NCBI GenBank assembly: GCA_965652975.1
Contig: CBFGYO010000001.1
Location: 1-63,440 of the forward strand
Direction of reading: 5' to 3'
DNA: 63,440 nt
Source of the DNA: an uncultured Chitinophagaceae bacterium
GTDB taxonomy: Bacteria; Bacteroidota; Bacteroidia; Chitinophagales; Chitinophagaceae
A program made the position numbers and the translations under genes. Positions within the stretch are counted from its first letter, which is position 1. Every line of letters starts with the position of its first letter. Below are positions 37,375 through 45,778 of this stretch, in pieces. Under the pieces are notes generated by a model, which had not been told where the DNA came from, did no database searches, and worked only from the letters and a program-made list of their open reading frames with translations.

Positions 37375-37398
37375 AAGTGGTGGCAAATGCCACCACTT
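37375..37398. terminator. Bidirectional terminator-like hairpin
   Basis: 10-bp stem aagtggtggc / gccaccactt, loop aaat. Between convergent genes, with an A-run upstream. Confidence 0.7.
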
Positions 37399-37412
37399 TA
37401 CATTAAGCCTGA

Positions 37413-37811
37413 TTAGCTAATTGGAATTGCCTGGTCATTCGCAGTTTTGCCTTCAACAACTGGCAGTGTTACCTGCAACACACCATCCACATACTTCGCG
37501 CTGATCTTTGTGGTGTCGATGCTGTCGTCGAGTGTGAATGTCCGCACAAAACCACCCCTGCTGTACTCGCGTAATACCCAGTCGAATTTGGGAAAACCTT
37601 CGGGTGGCGTATAAGTAACTGTGAGTTCGTTACCCTTTACAGCCAGGCTAAAATTTTCCTTGATGCGACCTGGAGCAAATACCAGCATTTCAAAACTTGA
37701 ATCTGTCCGGTAAATATTTACGCCGGCTCTTTGCATGGAGCGGATAAACAGGTGCCGGTTCCTGCTTCCGTAGTAATTGCCTTTTGCGGCACATGACTGA
37801 TTGTAGTACAT
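37413..37811 (-). CDS. Hsp20 / alpha-crystallin small heat-shock protein
   Basis: Alpha-crystallin domain (…ISAKYVDGVLQVTLP…). The ATG at 37811 is preferred to the track start at 37859. Confidence 0.85.
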   Translation of the reverse strand: MYYNQSCAAKGNYYGSRNRHLFIRSMQRAGVNIYRTDSSFEMLVFAPGRIKENFSLAVKGNELTVTYTPPEGFPKFDWVLREYSRGGFVRTFTLDDSIDTTKISAKYVDGVLQVTLPVVEGKTANDQAIPIS

Positions 37812-37975
37812 GTTACATTTTTTTGAGTGAAAAAAATCTACTATCACTATTATCAACACACAGCCGGACTAAAAAGTTTGTCCATACTTAAGCTTATGCG
37901 GACTTCAAAGCCCAGGCGCTATAAAAATCAGTAAGTCAACTTTCAATAAAGGCCCGCGTATCGTAACTTGGACAA

Positions 37976-38530
37976 ATGCTTAAGAAAGTTGTCGTTATTG
38001 GGCCCGAATCGACTGGTAAAAGCACACTGTGCGAACAACTTGCCCAACATTATGACACCATGTGGTGTCCTGAATTTGCCAGGGAATACCTGCTCACCAA
38101 TGGCGTAAACTATGAATATGATGACCTGCTTGTAATTGCGCGGGGACAACTGGCCCTGGAAGATGAGTATACATTGATGCTCGAAAATCAATCTCTTACA
38201 TTGCTGGAAAAAGGTGGTCACATACCGCTATTTATCGATACGGATATGCAGGTGATGAAGGTGTGGTGCGAATTTGCATTTGGGCAATGCCACCGCTTTA
38301 TACTCGACGAGATCGTAAAACGAAAATATGACCTGTACCTGTTGTGCAATGTGGACCTGCCCTGGGCCAGTGATGAGTTGCGGGAGTATCCGGAACTGCG
38401 TATCAGGCAAACGCTATACAATATTTACAAGGATATAATGATCAACCAGGAGGTGCCGTGGGTGGATATAAGTGGAGACTATGATGCGCGGTTGAAAAAG
38501 GCGTGTGAGGCGGTTGATAAATCTTTATAG
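37976..38530 (+). CDS. Stand-alone NadR-C-like ribosylnicotinamide-kinase-type P-loop ATPase
   Basis: 184 aa. Walker A GPESTGKST followed by CPEFAREYL. Collinear with the kinase half of the nadR-like gene. Confidence 0.7.
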   Translation: MLKKVVVIGPESTGKSTLCEQLAQHYDTMWCPEFAREYLLTNGVNYEYDDLLVIARGQLALEDEYTLMLENQSLTLLEKGGHIPLFIDTDMQVMKVWCEFAFGQCHRFILDEIVKRKYDLYLLCNVDLPWASDELREYPELRIRQTLYNIYKDIMINQEVPWVDISGDYDARLKKACEAVDKSL

Positions 38531-38556
38531 AAAGTAGTGTTTTGAAATTCGGAAAG

Positions 38557-38654
38557 TTTCACGCAAAGGTCGCAAAGATTGCGAAGGAAGGCGCAAAGGG
38601 CGGCTATAAAAGACGCTTTGCGCCTTTGTCTTTCTTCGCGTTCTTTGCGTGAAA
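38557..38654. repeat. Word-periodic palindromic element I ('CGCAAAG' words)
   Basis: tttcacgcaaaggtcgcaaagattgcgaaggaaggcgcaaag (38557-38598) / ctttgcgcctttgtctttcttcgcgttctttgcgtgaaa (38616-38654). Ends 9 nt before the ATG at 38663. Confidence 0.85.
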
Positions 38655-38662
38655 TATTCGGC

Positions 38663-40330
38663 ATGAACCAGTTTCTTCAAAAAAATCATCGACTGCTCTT
38701 CTACGGCTGCTGGTTATTGCTGGGTATTTTTCAATCGGGACTGACGGAACTGCAGGACGATGAGGCTTACTACTGGGTGTATAGTCAATACCTCGACTGG
38801 GGCTATTTTGATCATCCCCCGATGATCGGGCTGCTCGTAAAAATGGGTTACGCCATTTTTCCAAATGAACTGGGGGTTCGATTATTCCCCTTGTTGCTGC
38901 ATGTGCTTTCATTGGTTATTATTGAAAACCTGACCGCGAAAAAACATCCGTTTCTATTTTATGTTATCGCCCTTTCAATAGCAGTGTTACAACTTAGCGG
39001 CTTTGCAGCGGTTCCCGATATTCCACTCATTTTTTTTACAGCATTTTTTTTCCTTTGTTACAAAAGGTTTATCAACAGCTTCTCTATCCTGCATGCCCTT
39101 ATTCTCGGCATATCGATGGCGTTATTATTTTATAGCAAGTATCACGCTGTGCTGATTATATTCTTTACACTTCTTTCCAATATTAAATTAATTACACGCT
39201 ACCAGGCGTGGGTCGCTGTACTTACTGCGATTGTCTTTTTTGCGCCTCATCTTTGGTGGCAGTATCAACACGATTGGGTGAGTTTCCGCTACCATCTTTT
39301 TGAAAGTAATGTGAATGCTTATAAGTTTTCGTTTACGGGCGACTATATCATTGGGCAATTATTGTTGCCAGGTCCAATCGCGGGCTTTATCTTACTACCC
39401 GCCGCATTCATGTACCGGCCAACCGATGCCACTGAAAAAGCTTTGCGATTTACCATGATCGGTATCTATATATTTTTCCTGCTAAGCTCATTCCGTGGTA
39501 AAGTAGAAGCAAACTGGACTTCACCGGCGCTCGTGCCCCTCATTATCCTGTCGCATCAATACCTGGCAGATAAATTCAAGTGGCAAAAAATTCTTTTACG
39601 GCTTTTACCCATCACGCTGTTGCTGGTAGTAATCGCACGTTGCGCAATGATCGTTGATTTTGTACCCGTAAAAGAAATCGCCACCCGCTATCATAGCTGG
39701 AAGGGCTGGCCTCAACAAATGAAAACTTTAACCCAGGGTTTGCCGGTTGTTTTCAGCAACTCTTACCAGCGTGCGTCTAAGTACTGGTTTTATACCGGGC
39801 AAATGACTTATTCTCAAAACTGGTACCGGGAACGACAGAACAATTATAATTTCTGGCCCGTTGAAGATTCTTTGTTGGGCAAGCCCGTTTATTTCCTTGA
39901 TAAATACCTGCTGTCCCGCTTCCGTGATACATTGACCACGCCAATCGGTACGGTTGGATACTTATACGATTCATCATTGTTATCGTTTGCAAAAATTAAA
40001 TTCATTCTGCCGAATAAAACACTGGATTTACAAAGTGGGAAATCGATCACTATCACTGGCGAGGTACAGATGCCGGAGAAATATCGAAATTTCCTATTGC
40101 AGCATCGTGTTAGTAACGACACTATTCGTATAGGTATATTTTCAAAAAAGGGTTGGCTGGCGGATGAGTTTACTTCACTTCGCCTTAATGAGCTGACGGC
40201 AAATAAAATCTTTCAAACAAATCTTACAACTTCGTTGCCTGCCGGGGTATATTATTTTCGGTTTAGTGTTAATGTGGGAATGAATAATCCGACGCACAAT
40301 AGTGACAAGATAAAACTACACATACGATAG
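38663..40330 (+). CDS. GT39/ArnT-like membrane glycosyltransferase
   Basis: ATG at 38663 (the track's upstream extension lies in palindrome I). ELQDDEAYYWVYSQYLDWGYFDHPPM motif. ~11 TM plus a C-terminal soluble domain. Confidence 0.8.
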   Translation: MNQFLQKNHRLLFYGCWLLLGIFQSGLTELQDDEAYYWVYSQYLDWGYFDHPPMIGLLVKMGYAIFPNELGVRLFPLLLHVLSLVIIENLTAKKHPFLFYVIALSIAVLQLSGFAAVPDIPLIFFTAFFFLCYKRFINSFSILHALILGISMALLFYSKYHAVLIIFFTLLSNIKLITRYQAWVAVLTAIVFFAPHLWWQYQHDWVSFRYHLFESNVNAYKFSFTGDYIIGQLLLPGPIAGFILLPAAFMYRPTDATEKALRFTMIGIYIFFLLSSFRGKVEANWTSPALVPLIILSHQYLADKFKWQKILLRLLPITLLLVVIARCAMIVDFVPVKEIATRYHSWKGWPQQMKTLTQGLPVVFSNSYQRASKYWFYTGQMTYSQNWYRERQNNYNFWPVEDSLLGKPVYFLDKYLLSRFRDTLTTPIGTVGYLYDSSLLSFAKIKFILPNKTLDLQSGKSITITGEVQMPEKYRNFLLQHRVSNDTIRIGIFSKKGWLADEFTSLRLNELTANKIFQTNLTTSLPAGVYYFRFSVNVGMNNPTHNSDKIKLHIR

Positions 40331-40412
40331 GTTGCCGCAAAATCCACAAACACATAATGTAGGTCACAAATATTTGCTACAGACTAAGCTGTAATAACGG
40401 GAGGATATGGGT

Positions 40413-40458
40413 AAAAAAAGGCATTGAATTCAGTTTGTTACGCTGAAACTTCAATGCC
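40413..40458 (-). terminator. Intrinsic terminator closing the minus-strand hydrolase block
   Basis: ggcattgaa (40420-40428) / ttcaatgcc (40450-40458), with inner ttcag/ctgaa pairing. On the minus strand it is followed by ttttttt (40413-40419). Confidence 0.8.
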
Positions 40459-40473
40459 CTTAATATGATTTTT

Positions 40474-41220
40474 TTAATTATGACTATAAGTCAATGCATT
40501 TACAGATGCTTCAATGATAGTTTTTGCTACAGCCTCGGGCTGCGACATGAATATTACATGGCTACCCTGGATCTCTGTGACTTTAGTATTTGAGCGTTTA
40601 TACATATTACGCTGAATTTCTGGAGCAATGCTTTTGTCGTCTGTTGCTACAAGTCCATAGGCTGGTTTATCTTTCCATGCCGCGTGAGTTATTGGTGTTA
40701 CAAATCCTTTTGCATAAAATGCACCCTGTGATGCGTACATAAAATCTGCCTCTTCCTTGCTGATGTCGCCACAAAAACCGGCATGATACTTTGCTTTATC
40801 ATAATACACTATTCCTTTATCGTCTGGTGGTAGAACACCATTTTCAGGTGCAGGTGGGGCAGTCTGTAACCATTGTAGGGCAGATTCACCTTTGTCAGGC
40901 TGAAATGCAGCTACATAAACCAGGGCAACGACTTTTGAATGATTTCCCGCTTCAGTGATAACAGCTCCGCCCCATGAATGTCCAACAAGTATAACCGGAC
41001 CATCCTGTTTATCCAGTACTACATGTGTTGCGGTTACGTCATCCTCCAGCGAGGTTAACGGGTTTTGAACAACTGTTACATTGTATCCTTTCTTAGTTAG
41101 AACACTATACAGTGCCTTCCACCCTGAGCCATCTGCAAATGCACCGTGAACCAAAACCACATTTTTTACTGTAGAATCTAATCCACTGGCTAAATCGCCT
41201 TTTTTAGTTTGAGTTTCCAT
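40474..41220 (-). CDS. Alpha/beta hydrolase (no signal peptide)
   Basis: 248 aa. VVLVHGAFADGSGW and nucleophile elbow GHSWGG. Confidence 0.85.
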   Translation of the reverse strand: METQTKKGDLASGLDSTVKNVVLVHGAFADGSGWKALYSVLTKKGYNVTVVQNPLTSLEDDVTATHVVLDKQDGPVILVGHSWGGAVITEAGNHSKVVALVYVAAFQPDKGESALQWLQTAPPAPENGVLPPDDKGIVYYDKAKYHAGFCGDISKEEADFMYASQGAFYAKGFVTPITHAAWKDKPAYGLVATDDKSIAPEIQRNMYKRSNTKVTEIQGSHVIFMSQPEAVAKTIIEASVNALTYSHN

Positions 41221-41362
41221 TGAATTTGTTTTTTATATTTAAAGGAATCAATACTCCTAAATTTCGTACCGGAACATGCTCTAAAAAATAGCCACATTAG
41301 CCATTATGTTGTACATATTAAGGATTGCCATTGTCGATATCTGGATACAAACATGTTCCAGG

Positions 41363-42736
41363 CTAAAATTTGAGTTGAGCAGTCACGCCGGTAAAAATGA
41401 TATCCTTACCAGTGCCCGCAGCTTTTAGATACTCACCTGCATCAAACCATGTAAACTCCCACCTGAAGTACAAGAAGGCATTAGGTGTGTACACCAGATC
41501 TGTCGCCAACTGGTTGCCAATAAATTTAAAAGGATTGTTTTTCCCTGAATATATCATTAATACGTTTGGACCATAGATTCCGTCATTCTTACTATACCTC
41601 CAAAATATATCGTAATCCATGTTCAGGAATAAGGATTCATTTAATTCAAGTGTTAAAGACGGATGTATGTCAAAAAGATTTACAGGTCCAATCAATGATG
41701 CAAGCCCAAAGTAGCCGCCCCGTGGAAATAATGGATTAAATGTTTGCAATTTATTATCACCATACTGTGCATCTCCGCTTATCCATTCAGCTTTAATTCC
41801 TGCCTCAGGTTTAAGTTTTGCCCTACTAAATTTATAGCCGGTATTGAGGGAAGCTGTCCAGGCGTTTATGTTTTTTTCAGCAAATTTCCCTAGCTGATAA
41901 ACTCCTTCAATATCATATCTCCAATTACTTTTACTGCTCCATAGTCTGCTACCAATTGAATGTCGTAACTCCTTCCCATGACCATCGTCAAAAGCTGCTA
42001 TTTTTTTCCAAAGTCCGAGGTAATAAAAATCTATATTATTTAGAAAAGACATTTCTTTCCTGGTTATATATCCGCCCCAGAATTTTGTGTTACTATTAAA
42101 TCCATCGTCAAAAATTTGTGGCTTCGATCTAACAAAGTGCGAGTAAAATAGATCCACATTGAATTTGCCCCCGGTGTATAACAGTTTGATGGCATCAAAT
42201 GACTGGCGATTATTTGGACCATCTCTTACAGCTATCAGTCTTTGTGAACCATAAAGCAATTCCTGGCGGCCCAGCCTTACCGTCAACAAATGCTGCCTGG
42301 TCAATGGCAGAATCATATCCATAAATGCCTGGTGAAGATCTAATTGGTTTTCATCGACTGGCGAAGGGGGCGACTTCATACCATTAGCGAGACTACTTTG
42401 CAATTGAATAAATGTTCTAAAATGTCTTCCAGCGTGAAGATCGGCATGAAGCAGATACCTCGTGAGAATGTAACCATCTTTATCCTGTGGGGCTTCTCCC
42501 CAGTCTTCATTCTTTGCATAGAAATATTGAAACCGAACCTCTCCTCCATAACTGAGATAGGTAGTTTTGTTTTGCGACAATGGGCTAAACTTCATCTTTG
42601 CATACCACTCTATCGTTGTGTCTTTTTCAAGGAAAGAGTAATCCTCATCATACCTCAACGGTTTAAAAAATCCGATGCCCTGCGTTAGACCATTAGTACT
42701 GGAGAAAATAAGGAATATGAAGACTAATTCCTTCAT
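41363..42736 (-). CDS. Alginate-export (AlgE-like) family outer-membrane beta-barrel
   Basis: 457 aa. Signal peptide. LRYDEDYSFL...YLSYGGEVRFQYFY...HADLH pattern. Ends in aromatic ...AQLKF. Confidence 0.65.
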   Translation of the reverse strand: MKELVFIFLIFSSTNGLTQGIGFFKPLRYDEDYSFLEKDTTIEWYAKMKFSPLSQNKTTYLSYGGEVRFQYFYAKNEDWGEAPQDKDGYILTRYLLHADLHAGRHFRTFIQLQSSLANGMKSPPSPVDENQLDLHQAFMDMILPLTRQHLLTVRLGRQELLYGSQRLIAVRDGPNNRQSFDAIKLLYTGGKFNVDLFYSHFVRSKPQIFDDGFNSNTKFWGGYITRKEMSFLNNIDFYYLGLWKKIAAFDDGHGKELRHSIGSRLWSSKSNWRYDIEGVYQLGKFAEKNINAWTASLNTGYKFSRAKLKPEAGIKAEWISGDAQYGDNKLQTFNPLFPRGGYFGLASLIGPVNLFDIHPSLTLELNESLFLNMDYDIFWRYSKNDGIYGPNVLMIYSGKNNPFKFIGNQLATDLVYTPNAFLYFRWEFTWFDAGEYLKAAGTGKDIIFTGVTAQLKF

Positions 42737-42740
42737 GAAA

Positions 42741-43181
42741 TTAAAACTTGCGAATGATTATCACACCGCCAACAATTAGTATAACACCAAGTATTCTCCA
42801 TGTATTGATGTAGTGTGGATGTGCTACGAGTATATTGAAATGATCGAGTAATACTGAAACGACCATTTGACCTAATACAACAAGTCCAAAAGTTAAGGCA
42901 GGGCCTATTCGTGGAAATGCAAGTATTACGGTTGTTACATAAAACGCCCCCAGTGCCCCGGCTAACCAGGTGTAGGCCGGTGCAGTTTTTAATCCCGCCC
43001 ATGACGACTGCTGTTTCGTAACTAAAGCATAGATTAGAACCGCAAACGCACCTGTAATAAATGAAATCATTGATGCATATACGGGGCTTTCAATAGATTT
43101 ACCTAATCGAGAATTCAGTCCCGCCTGCAACGGCAGAAATGAGCCTGCTACGAAAGCCATTATGATCCATATAACTTTCAT
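42741..43181 (-). CDS. DMT-superfamily half-transporter (DUF606/YdcZ-like)
   Basis: 146 aa, 4-5 TM. 4-nt gap to the porin gene. Confidence 0.7.
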   Translation of the reverse strand: MKVIWIIMAFVAGSFLPLQAGLNSRLGKSIESPVYASMISFITGAFAVLIYALVTKQQSSWAGLKTAPAYTWLAGALGAFYVTTVILAFPRIGPALTFGLVVLGQMVVSVLLDHFNILVAHPHYINTWRILGVILIVGGVIIIRKF

Positions 43182-43206
43182 TCTAGTGTATTTTATGTCA
43201 TAATAT

Positions 43207-44982
43207 TTATTGACGCGGGCTATAAAATAGTACGGGACTCCAGGAAGGAATTACTGGTAATTGTGCCGGGGAAAACGACTTGTATTCACCCATTCCATAC
43301 ACAACCTTCCCATCTACAATTGTTATTTTCGCTGTGATTGTTTTTATTTCTTCATCCAGAACCCCGAGATAGTCTTTATCAAGAATAATAAGGTCGGCAT
43401 AATAGCCGTTTATTATTTTTCCTTTCATGCCCTCTTTAATTAATGAGTACCCTCCCGATGTCATCAATCGCAATGCGGTTACCCTGTCGAGGGTATTCTC
43501 TTTGGACAATATTTGTGTTCCTCCAATGGTCTTACCAGTAGTGATCCAATACAAAGCCATCCATGGATTATAACTTGCTACCCTTGTTCCGTCGGTCCCC
43601 AGGCCCACAGGAATGCCCAGTTCAAGCATCCTTTTTACAGGTGGTGTCGCTAAGGCTGCCTGTTTGCCGTAGCGATGTATAAAGCTTTCGCCCTGGTAGG
43701 CCATTCGATGCTGAATCGCAATACCGCCTCCAAGATTCTTAATACGGAGCATGTTTTCTTCGCTTATTGTTTCTGCGTGATCGATAAACCATATTAACCC
43801 ATTTAAAGGGGTTTCTTTATTTACTTCTTCAATAACATTCAGGTTCCGCGTAATGCTTTCATTGTATGTTGCATGTAGACGGAATGGCCAGCGTTTCTTT
43901 ACCAGCATTTGCACTACTGCTTTCAAATTAACCTCCATACTGGCAGGTAGTTCGGGCCGGGGGAAAAGAAAGTTTTCAAAATCTGCAGCATCGCCGACAA
44001 GATTTTCACCTGCACCGCCAACATAATAATCAATATCATTTATGCCGTTATTTCCATGTTCATCTATTTCTACCATCCCCATCCATTTTGAATAGTCATT
44101 CAGCTCTGAACCTTTTTTCTGGGCAAAAAGAAAGTATGGTAGCCGAACTGTGATCTTTCCAAGCTTATTTAGGGAATCGGTAACAGTATAGTCGTCAGGA
44201 AAATTTTGAAAGCCGCCACCAGCGTCCATCACTGCAGTTACACCCAGCCTGTTTAGCTCGGTCATGTATTGAATAGTAGAATTTACTTTCTCTTCGTTTG
44301 ATAATTCGGGAAGCCTGGCAAGGGTGGAATACAGAATAAAGGCGTTTGGTTCTGCAACCAATAAACCTGTTGGATTACCATCATTATCTTTTTCAATTAA
44401 TCCTCCAACTGGATTAGGTGAATCCGCATTGATATTTAATGTTTTTAATCCTGCCTTATTCAACCATGCTTTTCCATATAAATAAAGAATAAAAGCGGGC
44501 ACATTTCCTGTAGCATCATTAATCTCATCTATTGTGGGTAACCGCTTCTCTTCAAACTGGTATTCATTCCAACCACCAACTACTCTTACCCATTGCCCAT
44601 TCGGCGTTCTTTGCGATTGTTCCTTTAGTATTTCCAGTGCCCGCTTTAATGTACTCACTCCATCCCACCTTAATTCACTATTGTAAAATCTTCCTCCACG
44701 TATTACATGAAGGTGACTATCAAACAAACCAGGAACTACCCTGTTGCCTTTGGCATCTATTATTTTTGTTTGCTTTGTCTTCAGTTTAAGCATCTGCCGA
44801 TTTGAACCCGTAGCAAGGATCTTACTTCCCGCTATTGCCACAGCTTCTGTCACGGTATTATTTTCATCAAGTGTAGAAATTTTACCATTAATGATAATAA
44901 TATCAGTTCCCTGTTGTGCTTGCGAAATATTTGTAACGGAAAGAACGATAGACGCCAACAAAATAAAGTGATAGCCCATCAA
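43207..44982 (-). CDS. Exported Amidohydro_3-family metal-dependent hydrolase
   Basis: 591 aa. Signal peptide. PGLFDSHLHVIRGG (HxH) motif. Confidence 0.85.
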   Translation of the reverse strand: MMGYHFILLASIVLSVTNISQAQQGTDIIIINGKISTLDENNTVTEAVAIAGSKILATGSNRQMLKLKTKQTKIIDAKGNRVVPGLFDSHLHVIRGGRFYNSELRWDGVSTLKRALEILKEQSQRTPNGQWVRVVGGWNEYQFEEKRLPTIDEINDATGNVPAFILYLYGKAWLNKAGLKTLNINADSPNPVGGLIEKDNDGNPTGLLVAEPNAFILYSTLARLPELSNEEKVNSTIQYMTELNRLGVTAVMDAGGGFQNFPDDYTVTDSLNKLGKITVRLPYFLFAQKKGSELNDYSKWMGMVEIDEHGNNGINDIDYYVGGAGENLVGDAADFENFLFPRPELPASMEVNLKAVVQMLVKKRWPFRLHATYNESITRNLNVIEEVNKETPLNGLIWFIDHAETISEENMLRIKNLGGGIAIQHRMAYQGESFIHRYGKQAALATPPVKRMLELGIPVGLGTDGTRVASYNPWMALYWITTGKTIGGTQILSKENTLDRVTALRLMTSGGYSLIKEGMKGKIINGYYADLIILDKDYLGVLDEEIKTITAKITIVDGKVVYGMGEYKSFSPAQLPVIPSWSPVLFYSPRQ

Positions 44983-44996
44983 CCTGAAAATTTATA

Positions 44997-45019
44997 GGAC
45001 AGGCTATAGTAGCCTGCCC
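44997..45019 (-). terminator. Possible terminator hairpin after the isochorismatase-like gene
   Basis: caggcta-tag-tagcctg plus two outer G-C pairs. On the minus strand it is followed by tataaatttt. Confidence 0.4.
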
Positions 45020-45043
45020 TGGTTATTATTAAACGACCAACAA

Positions 45044-45739
45044 TCAATGTTTAAGCATTTCGTGTGCGTACTGAATGCCAATTCCATATGCACCGCCATA
45101 CTTTTTTACAAGGTCTGTTACGGCTTTGTATGTTTCGCTTCTTGCCCAGTCACGCTGCAATTCGAGCAGGTATTGCATAGAGGTCATAGTTTTTACGCCT
45201 GCCTGGAGCATACGGTTTATTGCCATTACATGGGCTTCTGTGCTTACATCACCACAAGCATCTGTAATTACAAATACATCATAACCTTCAGCTTTGGCTG
45301 ACAGTGCTGGTCCCACAATGCATACACTTGTCCAAAGACCCGCTAGTACCAGCCTTTTTTTCTCCTTTCCGACGATAGCTTTATAAGCCTTCGGATCTTC
45401 CCATGAGTTCATAGTCGTCCTGTCAATATATATGTTTGCCGGGTAGAATTCTGATACTTCCGGGAATACCGGCCCACTAAATGATTTTTCTGCTACTGTT
45501 GTAACTACCGTAGGGACGTTGAATATTTTTGATGCGCCGGCAACGATCGCGGTATTAAATCTCAATTCTTCAATGGAAATATTCTTTACTGCGAATCCCA
45601 TCTGGCTTTCATGATCAATCAGTACCAGGGCATGATTGGTTGGCGTTAGTAATTCTGTTGAAGGTTTTTGAGAGAATAATGTTGTCGCCGATAAGCAGGC
45701 AATGAGTATGAGCGAAGTAATTTTAATGGACCGTTTCAT
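45044..45739 (-). CDS. Isochorismatase-family cysteine hydrolase with signal peptide
   Basis: 231 aa. MKRSIKITSLILIACLSATTLFSQ leader, then ALVLIDHE...; catalytic Cys context WTSVCIVG. Confidence 0.8.
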   Translation of the reverse strand: MKRSIKITSLILIACLSATTLFSQKPSTELLTPTNHALVLIDHESQMGFAVKNISIEELRFNTAIVAGASKIFNVPTVVTTVAEKSFSGPVFPEVSEFYPANIYIDRTTMNSWEDPKAYKAIVGKEKKRLVLAGLWTSVCIVGPALSAKAEGYDVFVITDACGDVSTEAHVMAINRMLQAGVKTMTSMQYLLELQRDWARSETYKAVTDLVKKYGGAYGIGIQYAHEMLKH

Positions 45740-45778
45740 GATTCAAAGATTTGGGGGTAAATATTTATTTGAAGAATT

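Noticed and set aside
38871-38895. tRNA-like ggttcgatt T-loop-like string, and a general scan for tRNA or rRNA genes
   Set aside because: The string lies inside the GT39 coding sequence with no cloverleaf context. I saw no tRNA or rRNA genes anywhere in the window.
41345-41360. Sigma-54-like TGGAACATGTTTGTAT on the minus strand, upstream of the last alpha/beta hydrolase gene
   Set aside because: The -12 element is TTGT rather than TTGC, and the spacing is one nt short. It also forms part of a small inverted repeat (ggaacatg/catgttcc), which may explain the resemblance.
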